This document shows, one piece after another, positions 24,344-31,039 of a stretch of 32,000 nt of DNA. Source of the stretch: an uncultured Ruminococcus sp. (GTDB lineage: Bacteria; Bacillota; Clostridia; Oscillospirales; Ruminococcaceae). Both the position numbers and the translations under genes were made by a program. The notes under the pieces were generated by a model. That model was given only the letters and a program-made list of their open reading frames with translations, made no database searches and had not been told where the DNA came from. The stretch covers positions 23,906-55,905 of the forward strand of contig CAKSAK010000005.1 of the NCBI GenBank assembly GCA_934435205.1. The letters are read 5' to 3'. Position 1 is the first letter of the stretch, and the number at the start of each line of letters is the position of its first letter.

Positions 24344-25195
24344 CTATTTCTGCTCTGCTTTCGCAAAATGCACCTCTCCGTCATTTCTCGCAAAGCTTAT
24401 GACCTCGTCAAAATCATGACAAAGCATGGAATATTTCAGCGGCTTTCTTATCATCACCGCTCCCGACCTTATGGATACCGGCACTGTTCCGTCCTTGTAT
24501 GCCGTTTCAATGCCGTTTTTCGCCATGACGGCTTTCGCTATCTTTGTCACCTGGTCAACATCGTCAAGCCCTGTGACCATAACGAACTCGTCACCGCCTA
24601 TCCTAAGCACAGGCATATCTTCTCCTGCGGCGGCGTTTATCCTTTTAAGGCTCTCAAGTATCACCTTATCTCCTGCTTCTCTGCTGATATCGTCATTTAT
24701 CCTCATCAGCCCCACAATGTCAAAGCACAATACATATGTGCCTGTTCTTTCGTTAAGATAATCAAAAAGCTCAGTTACGTCAAATTTCTTGTTGCCCATA
24801 TAATACGCTCCTTCTAAATAGTCACGGTTGAGCTTCGGAAAAAGTCCACAGCTCTTGTTCCACTCTTTCTTGAACACTGAGGGTGCAACGCCCCACTGCT
24901 TTGTGAACGCCCTTGTAAAGACCTCATGGGAATTATACTGATACTTCATGGCGATATCCATGACCGTCATATTAGTGTTCAGAAGATCCATTCCTGCATT
25001 TGTGAGCCGTCTTTTGGAGATATACTCCTTAAGGCTTGTGTGGGTGGCGTATCTCCAAAGCTTTTGAAGCGCAGAAAGAGAACAATAGCACACTGCGGCT
25101 ATATCCTCCTGTGTGAACTCACTGCACAGATTTTGCTCGATATAGTCAAGCGCTGTGGTGAAAATACAGAAATTGTTCTGATCTTCTTTTCTCAT
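24344..25195 (-). CDS. AraC-family HTH (N-terminal) fused to a compact GGDEF domain (C-terminal)
   Basis: Res about 10-110 match the AraC/XylS double HTH (SLSALQKLWRY...RRLTNAGMDLL...IAMKYQYNSHEVFTRAFTKQWGVAPSVFKK). The C-terminus has FDIVGLMRINDDISREAGDKVI...LRIGGDEFVMV...FARNDGEVHF. There is no RxxD I-site (AGED instead). Confidence 0.8.
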   Translation of the reverse strand: MRKEDQNNFCIFTTALDYIEQNLCSEFTQEDIAAVCYCSLSALQKLWRYATHTSLKEYISKRRLTNAGMDLLNTNMTVMDIAMKYQYNSHEVFTRAFTKQWGVAPSVFKKEWNKSCGLFPKLNRDYLEGAYYMGNKKFDVTELFDYLNERTGTYVLCFDIVGLMRINDDISREAGDKVILESLKRINAAAGEDMPVLRIGGDEFVMVTGLDDVDQVTKIAKAVMAKNGIETAYKDGTVPVSIRSGAVMIRKPLKYSMLCHDFDEVISFARNDGEVHFAKAEQK

Positions 25196-25234
25196 TTCCC
25201 TGCCCCCTCGTATATAGACTAGCCTATATTATAT

Positions 25235-25246
25235 AGTAACGTTACT
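25235..25246. promoter_or_regulatory. Perfect 12-bp palindrome AGTAACGTTACT upstream of the AraC::GGDEF gene
   Basis: Located 40-51 nt upstream of the ATG, adjacent to a minus-strand TATAAT. Its function is unknown. Confidence 0.3.
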
Positions 25247-25294
25247 GTACTTATAGTATAGCATACTTTTTATTACTGTGCTTGATTTTTTGAG

Positions 25295-25326
25295 TAAAAA
25301 AAGACGGCAGAAATTTTCCGCCGTCT
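25295..25326 (-). terminator. Rho-independent terminator after the antiporter gene
   Basis: Minus strand: AGACGGC-N11-GCCGTCT followed by TTTTTTTAC. Confidence 0.75.
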
Positions 25327-25335
25327 GAATATGAA

Positions 25336-26958
25336 CTATCCTGATGTGACAACAAGCACATCTCCCTCTTTCAGCCGCAGTCTGCCGTTTGGGATAAGTA
25401 TACGCCCCTGACGTTTTATCATTACTATCAGGCTGTCCTCTGACATTGTTATCTCCGACACTCTCAGACCACACCACTCGTGATGCTTATCAAGGTTCAT
25501 TTCGCTTAGTACAAAATGGCTGTCGTCATAAAAGCCTGCCGCACTCAGCACCACAACGTCCCCTGCAAGTATCTGCGTTTTGCCTGTTGGTATTATCTTC
25601 TCTTTGTCACGAAGTATCATCACCACAAGCAGACCTCTCGGAAACGGTATATCCTTTATCTTCCGCCCTGCCCAATTGCTGTCCGGCTGAACGGAAAGCT
25701 TTATAAACTGCACTTCCGTTTCGTCGCTGTAGTCATTGAACGTTTTCATTACGTTCTCCTCATCGTCTATCATATCGAGCTTTTTAGCAAACAGCGGCAG
25801 AAGCGTACCCTGAATACCGATAGACATAAGCACGATACAGAAAACGATATGGAAAACGTCATTTTTCATGTATGCATCATCAACTGTCGCCATGATAGCG
25901 AAAACTATAGAGGTCGCTCCCCTTAGTCCTGCCCACGAGATAAGGGCTATCTGCTTCCACTTTGCACCGAAAGGCTTCATGATAACAGTAACAGCCGCAG
26001 GTCTTGCGATGAATGTAAGGAACAAAGCTATCGCCGCCGCAGGAAGTATTATTGACGGCATTTGCGACGGGAACGCCAAAAGTCCAAGGAGGAAGAACAG
26101 CAATATCTGCGTGAAGCCCGTTATTCCGTCAAAGAAATGCACTAGAGCTGTTTTGCCTGATATTTTTGTGTTGCCCAAAACTATTCCCACAATGTAACAG
26201 CTAAGATAGCCGTTTCCGCCCACCGCTGAGGGCAGAGCGTAGGAAAGTATGGCTATGGCAGTGACAAAGATAGCGTCAAAGCCTGCGGCGTCAAATCGCA
26301 CACGTTTTATGAGATACACTGCGCCCAAAGATATAAGCGCACCGAATCCCACGCCGAAGAACACCTGTGCAAGCAAGCTCACAACAAAGCCTCCTGCCGT
26401 CGCACCGCCTTTCATTACTGAAAGTATTATAATAGTGAGCATATAAGCCCAAGGGTCGTTGCTTCCGCTTTCAAGCTCCAGTATTGAAGCCGTACCGTAG
26501 CGCAGGTTCAGCTTTTTGCTTCTCAGCACCGAGAACACCGAAGCGGCGTCTGTGGAGCTTATAACAGCGCCTATAAGCAAACTTTCCAGCCACTCGAAGC
26601 CCAGCACGAACTTACAGAATGCTCCCGTTGCAAAGGCTGTGAGCAAAACTCCTGCGGAGGCAAGTATGAGTGACTTGCCTGCCACCTTTTTGGCTTCGCT
26701 CCATTTTGTGCCGAAACCGCCATAAAAGATTATGAAAACAAGTCCCACCGAGCATATCTCCTCGGCAAATTTATAATTATCGAACTCTATTTTAAAAAGC
26801 CCGTCAGAGCCGAACAACATTCCAAGTAGAATGAACGCCAGCAATGCAGGAAGCCCAAACTTATCCGATATTTTATTGAAAAACACACAGCACAGCACTA
26901 TCACAGAAGATAAAATGAGCATTGTGGTCAAATGTATCACTCCTTTCACAACAAACAC
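25336..26958 (-). CDS. K+/H+ (cation:proton) antiporter, CPA1/NhaP2-like, with C-terminal TrkA-C (RCK_C) domains
   Basis: About 400 aa of Na_H_Exchanger-like TM region, then two RCK_C-like repeats (...ILAGDVVVLSA..., ...LKEGDVLVVTSG). The true start is probably the in-frame TTG at 26931 (AGGAG 8 nt upstream) rather than 26958. Confidence 0.85.
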   Translation of the reverse strand: MFVVKGVIHLTTMLILSSVIVLCCVFFNKISDKFGLPALLAFILLGMLFGSDGLFKIEFDNYKFAEEICSVGLVFIIFYGGFGTKWSEAKKVAGKSLILASAGVLLTAFATGAFCKFVLGFEWLESLLIGAVISSTDAASVFSVLRSKKLNLRYGTASILELESGSNDPWAYMLTIIILSVMKGGATAGGFVVSLLAQVFFGVGFGALISLGAVYLIKRVRFDAAGFDAIFVTAIAILSYALPSAVGGNGYLSCYIVGIVLGNTKISGKTALVHFFDGITGFTQILLFFLLGLLAFPSQMPSIILPAAAIALFLTFIARPAAVTVIMKPFGAKWKQIALISWAGLRGATSIVFAIMATVDDAYMKNDVFHIVFCIVLMSIGIQGTLLPLFAKKLDMIDDEENVMKTFNDYSDETEVQFIKLSVQPDSNWAGRKIKDIPFPRGLLVVMILRDKEKIIPTGKTQILAGDVVVLSAAGFYDDSHFVLSEMNLDKHHEWCGLRVSEITMSEDSLIVMIKRQGRILIPNGRLRLKEGDVLVVTSG

Positions 26959-27044
26959 ATCGCATTTACTGCGATCTCATTTGTGTATCCGCACAATGTT
27001 GATCTACACAAATTCTGGATAATTCAAACCTCGTCACTTCGGTC

Positions 27045-27070
27045 GGGACGTCGAGGGCGCCGTCCCCTAC
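27045..27070 (-). repeat. REP-like hairpin GGGACG-TCGAGGGCGC-CGTCCC + CTAC
   Basis: Partner of 12082-12107: identical loop and tail, covarying stem. Confidence 0.8.
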
Positions 27071-27084
27071 AATTCAGAATTTAT

Positions 27085-27123
27085 GGCAATTTCTGAACAC
27101 GGGCGAACACTGTTCGCCCCTAC
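27085..27123 (-). repeat. REP-like unit GGCAATTTCTGAACAC-GGGCGAAC-ACT-GTTCGCCC-CTAC
   Basis: 39-nt near-copy of 11981-12019. Confidence 0.8.
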
Positions 27124-27273
27124 ATATAGATATGGCAGTTACCGTCTTATTATAAAAATAGCGCTTTGGGTATCTTCTACTCAAAGCGCCTTTGCTTGTG
27201 TAAATATTATAACATATTCGCCCCTGTGCTGTCAACTTTTTGCCGACATCTTACGGAAATTTTACATTACCTC

Positions 27274-27302
27274 TTGACAAATGCGAACATATGTGCTACA
27301 AT
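27274..27302 (+). promoter_or_regulatory. Orphan consensus promoter with an embedded Cheo-box-like site
   Basis: TTGACA (27274-27279), 17-nt spacer, TACAAT (27297-27302). The spacer contains CGAACATATGTGCT, which matches the Firmicute LexA consensus CGAAC-N4-GTTCG at 8 of its 10 specified positions. No ORF lies downstream, and it faces the 3' end of the WYL gene. Confidence 0.4.
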
Positions 27303-27325
27303 CAATAGTGAAGCAGTATATCCAA

Positions 27326-27358
27326 ATAAAAAAACGCCTGCCTTTTACAGCAGACGTT
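27326..27358 (-). terminator. Rho-independent terminator after the WYL regulator gene
   Basis: Minus strand: AACGTCTGC-N8-GCAGGCGTT (one mismatch) followed by TTTTTTTATTT. Confidence 0.7.
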
Positions 27359-27399
27359 CGCCTATTTATATCTCGGCTCTTTTATCCTTGTCCAAATTT

Positions 27400-28386
27400 T
27401 TATTTGTAGCAATCGGCAATGTTTGAAATAGCGTCCCTTGCCATTTCCACTGCCCTTTCAGGTCCAAGCACCTTTGCCTGTGATCCAAACTGGAAAAGCC
27501 AGCCCCAGAATGTTGGTGCGACCTGCACCTCCTCATTTATATAGAAGGTATTGTCGGAATTTTTGTGACATATGGTTTTCTCACCAAAACGATCCATTAC
27601 AACATCTATGAGCTTATTGTCAAACTGCAACTGCAACGTCATAAGCTCGCCGCCGTACATTCCGTAGATAGTCTGACGATTTGTGACCTCGGTCTTCTCC
27701 TCCTCGGAAAGCTCCCTCCTGGGGATATCTGTAACAGTGACCTGAGTCATTCTGTCAACTCTGTAGCGGCATATCTTTTCATGCTTTTCGCAATAGCACA
27801 CAAGGTAATAGTTGTCGTTCTCCCAAACCAGAGAATACGGTGAAACCGTATACACCTCGCCACCGTGGCGAAGCTGTTTGCGTTTTTCAACTGTGTATTC
27901 GTAATACTTGAAGCGTATCTCCAAGCCGCTGAAAATGCCCTCTTGTATGCTGTTTATAGCATAGTATATCTGCTCGTTGAAGGTCTTTGTCCTGTTTGAC
28001 ACATAGACCATTCGACGCAGATCCTTTGCCTTGTGTTCTGATGTAAGTGATTGTATCTTCTTTAACAGCTCCTTTGATTTCTTCTGTGTAAGAAACCTGC
28101 TGGAAGCCACTGCGTCCGCAAGAACATACAGCTCCTCGTCCTGAAACAGTCTTTGAGCAAGATAATAAGCGTTGGAGTGACCGTCCTTTGTTATCTCGAT
28201 ATCCATTCCGCTGTCGCAGAGGGTCTTGATATCATCATAGATAGTCTTACGCTCAGCCTTTATGCCGTAGTCGCCCAGAATCTCGATAAGCCTGTTTCCT
28301 GTAATGGTGTGCTTTTCGTCTGTCTTGGTCTCAAAAAGCTTTTTCATGGTCAAAAGCTTCTGCTTCTGTCTGGAAACTCCTGTCAC
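27400..28386 (-). CDS. wHTH - WYL - C-terminal extension transcriptional regulator (YafY/PafBC/DriD/BrxR-type architecture)
   Basis: 328 aa. N-terminal winged-HTH region (ITGNRLIEILGDYGIKAERKTIYDDIKTL) and WYL core (YTVSPYSLVWENDNYYLVCYC...YRVDRM). GTG start has GGGGAGGA 9 nt upstream and overlaps the DUF896 stop (GTGA). Confidence 0.85.
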   Translation of the reverse strand: MTGVSRQKQKLLTMKKLFETKTDEKHTITGNRLIEILGDYGIKAERKTIYDDIKTLCDSGMDIEITKDGHSNAYYLAQRLFQDEELYVLADAVASSRFLTQKKSKELLKKIQSLTSEHKAKDLRRMVYVSNRTKTFNEQIYYAINSIQEGIFSGLEIRFKYYEYTVEKRKQLRHGGEVYTVSPYSLVWENDNYYLVCYCEKHEKICRYRVDRMTQVTVTDIPRRELSEEEKTEVTNRQTIYGMYGGELMTLQLQFDNKLIDVVMDRFGEKTICHKNSDNTFYINEEVQVAPTFWGWLFQFGSQAKVLGPERAVEMARDAISNIADCYK

Positions 28387-28610
28387 TTTATTTTATCCTC
28401 CCCGCTGCGTTTCATATCCGAAACCTTAATTCTTGAGCCGTCCGGCTCAATGATCGTCGTGGCTTCAAGCTGACCTGTCAGGTTAGCTATAACGCTTCTG
28501 CGATACTCATTTCTCAAAGCCTCACGCTCAGACTTCTCCTCTGACGTAAGCTCTCTTTTTCTCGCAATAGCAGTAAGCTCAGACAATCTGTTAAGCTTTA
28601 CTTTCTCCAT
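28383..28610 (-). CDS. DUF896 (UPF0291, YnzC-like) small helical protein
   Basis: 75 aa. KLNRLSELTAIARKRELTSEEKSEREALRNEYRRSVIANLTGQLE matches the DUF896 helical-hairpin pattern as I remember it. Confidence 0.75.
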   Translation of the reverse strand: MEKVKLNRLSELTAIARKRELTSEEKSEREALRNEYRRSVIANLTGQLEATTIIEPDGSRIKVSDMKRSGEDKIK

Positions 28611-28976
28611 AAATTTTTACACTTCTCCTTAAAGCTTCACACTGCCCTGTGTTTTTATTTTTATCCGCAGTATTCGGCTCAAAATAGAACGGGCAGCTTA
28701 CACAATACCGCCCTTTGCGTTCAAAAGATGTTCATATCGGCTTTTTTCTTTATTTATATTTATAAGTCCAACAAAACACCCTCAAACAAATTTGCAGATA
28801 CATTATAACACATATTTCTTCAAATTGCAATGGTAAAATGCACAAACAGTCCGTTTAATTTCCCACAAATTAAACAAGAATTTTGAAAATTGTGTTTGTC
28901 CAAAAAATTGCCCACAATATATAGTGGGTAAAAAAATGGTCAGAAAACATCAAAAAAAGATAAAGAAAGGAATTTT

Positions 28977-29291
28977 ATGCAGCACACAAAGGTATCATAC
29001 GAGCTTACACAAAACTATATCCCAAGTCCTCAGGTCACTGAGAATGATAGTCCCGACCCTGCCTCTGCCATAGAAAACAGGCTCATGCGTGAGATAGTGC
29101 GGGAAAATTTGACGAAACGGCAGAAATGTTATATAATAATGTATTATACAAAGGGCATGACAATGCAGGAGATAGCTGACGCAGAGGGGGTCTCAAAATC
29201 CACTGTATCCAGAACTATCGGACTTGCAAGAAAGCACATATCCTGCGGCATGAAGCCTGCCATGCTCAAAAGCGCACTGAAAGGGAGATAG
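28977..29291 (+). CDS. Stand-alone sigma-70 region-4-like HTH protein
   Basis: 104 aa. LTKRQKCYIIMYYTKGMTMQEIADAEGVSKSTVSRTIGLARKHI follows the region 4.2 layout. No region 2 is present. Confidence 0.6.
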   Translation: MQHTKVSYELTQNYIPSPQVTENDSPDPASAIENRLMREIVRENLTKRQKCYIIMYYTKGMTMQEIADAEGVSKSTVSRTIGLARKHISCGMKPAMLKSALKGR

Positions 29292-29293
29292 CA

Positions 29294-30625
29294 TTGAACG
29301 CAACTGTGAATAAATTCGTTAGAGAATATGCAAAGTCAGGCATAGCGAGGTTTCATATGCCTGGTCACAAGGGGCAGAAATTCCATGGTCTTGAGCCTTG
29401 GGATATCACTGAGATAAAGGGTGCGGACTATCTTTTTGAAGCCGAGGGAATAATAGCACAGAGCGAAGCCAAAATGGCGGAAGCCTACGGCAGCAGGCGG
29501 ACTTTTTACTCCGCCGAGGGGTCTAGCCTTTGCATAAAGGCGATGCTTGGCATAGTGTGCCGCAGTGGGCAAGGGAAAAAGATAACTGTTGCCGCACCGA
29601 GAAACGTCCACAAGGCGTTTATAAACGCCTGCATACTTCTTGATGTGGACGTGGAGTGGATATATCCAAAGGGCGAGTTTACCTCCATATGTGCAGGAAG
29701 CGTCACTCCCGAGGACGTTGAGGAAGTGCTGTCAAGGACAAAGGCAGATTGCGTTTATGTGACCTCACCTGACTATCTTGGCAATCTCAGCGACATAAAG
29801 GGCATGAGCGAGGTTTGCAGAAAATACGGTGTGCCGCTTCTTTGCGACAACGCTCACGGAGCTTATCTGAAGTTTCTCCCTGAGAGCCTGCACCCCATGG
29901 ACTTGGGGGCTGATATGTGCTGTGACTCCGCTCACAAAACGCTTCCATGCTACACAGGGGGAGCAATGCTCCATATTTCAAACCACGCTCCTGCGGAATA
30001 TGATGATTGTGCTAAAGAGATAATGTCAATGTTCGGCTCAACAAGCCCCTCCTATCTTATAATGGAGAGCCTTGACCTTTGCGCTGACTATGTGAATAGC
30101 AATTTTCCTCATGACCTTGAACGCACTGTGGAAAGGGTAAAAGTCTGCAAAGATAGGATAACGGCTTTCGGCTGGCACACCATAGGTGAAGAGCCTATGA
30201 AGATAACCGTTGCCGCATACAAAAGCGGTATCACAGGGGACGACCTTGCAGACAGGCTGAGGGAATATAGCATCGAGCCTGAATACAGCGACACACAATA
30301 TGTTGTGCTTATGCCGTCGCCTTTCAACAGCGAGGAGGACTTTTTGAGGCTTGAAAAGGCGTTCTCTGAGATAAAACAGCCTAGGATAAGGCTTTTCGGT
30401 GACTTACCCGCTATACCAAAAGGGATAAAACGCATGGGTATAAGGCAGGCGGCTTTCTCGGCTCAGCACACCGTAAACGTGGAGGACGCCTGCGGTCTTA
30501 TATGCGGAATGACCGTCACAAGCTGTCAGCCCTCTGTGCCCGTGGCAGTGAGCGGTGAGGAGATAACACCGCAGGTAATAAAAATTTTGAAAAGCTATGG
30601 AATTGAACGCATAAATGTGCTATAA
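29294..30625 (+). CDS. PLP-dependent Orn/Lys/Arg decarboxylase family protein (B. subtilis YaaO-like)
   Basis: 443 aa. FHMPGHKG N-terminus and the PLP-lysine motif DSAHKTLP. TTG start lies 5 nt after GGGAGA. Confidence 0.85.
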   Translation: MNATVNKFVREYAKSGIARFHMPGHKGQKFHGLEPWDITEIKGADYLFEAEGIIAQSEAKMAEAYGSRRTFYSAEGSSLCIKAMLGIVCRSGQGKKITVAAPRNVHKAFINACILLDVDVEWIYPKGEFTSICAGSVTPEDVEEVLSRTKADCVYVTSPDYLGNLSDIKGMSEVCRKYGVPLLCDNAHGAYLKFLPESLHPMDLGADMCCDSAHKTLPCYTGGAMLHISNHAPAEYDDCAKEIMSMFGSTSPSYLIMESLDLCADYVNSNFPHDLERTVERVKVCKDRITAFGWHTIGEEPMKITVAAYKSGITGDDLADRLREYSIEPEYSDTQYVVLMPSPFNSEEDFLRLEKAFSEIKQPRIRLFGDLPAIPKGIKRMGIRQAAFSAQHTVNVEDACGLICGMTVTSCQPSVPVAVSGEEITPQVIKILKSYGIERINVL

Positions 30626-30681
30626 TATAAGGTGTAGCTAAAAAAGCTATTCTTACATTAAAAATAACAGGAGGCAAAATC

Positions 30682-31005
30682 ATGAAACTTGTCTATGCTA
30701 TCGTAAACAGCGATGATACCTACGCTGTAAATAAAGGACTTCTGAAAGCCGGCATAAGAGCCACAAAGCTTTCTTCAACAGGCGGTTTTCTTATGTCAGG
30801 AAACACCACCTTTCTTATCTGCTGCCCTGACGAGCAGGTAGACCTTGTTATAGAGGTATGCAAAAAGTATTCAAAGAAAAGAAAGCAGTTTGTTCCGTCA
30901 TCAACTATCATGGAGCCTGACGGTGCGGCTTCATATCCTGTTGAGGTGGCTATCGGCGGCGCAACTATTTTCGTTACGGATATCGAGCGTTTTGAGAAAG
31001 TCTAA
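30682..31005 (+). CDS. darA: PII-like cyclic-di-AMP receptor DarA/PstA (YaaQ, DUF970)
   Basis: 107 aa. MKLVYAIV...ATKLSSTGGFLMSGNTTFLI...YPVEVAIGGATIFV closely parallels B. subtilis DarA as I recall it (TKLATTGGFLKSGNTTF...PVEVEVGGATVFV). Confidence 0.85.
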   Translation: MKLVYAIVNSDDTYAVNKGLLKAGIRATKLSSTGGFLMSGNTTFLICCPDEQVDLVIEVCKKYSKKRKQFVPSSTIMEPDGAASYPVEVAIGGATIFVTDIERFEKV

Positions 31006-31039
31006 GGGATAGAAAATTTTCAGAAAGGGGTCTGAGGGC

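Noticed and set aside
5732-27123. REP core CGAAC-N3-GTTCG considered as LexA (Cheo) boxes
   Set aside because: The Firmicute LexA operator has a 4-nt spacer (CGAAC-N4-GTTCG). All four copies here have 3 nt and sit in GC-rich hairpins away from promoters.
28936-29073. 45-aa very basic ORF (MVRKHQKKIKKG...) overlapping the start of the sigma-r4 gene
   Set aside because: It has a weak SD, is out of frame with a better-supported ORF, and its composition is driven by an A-rich leader.
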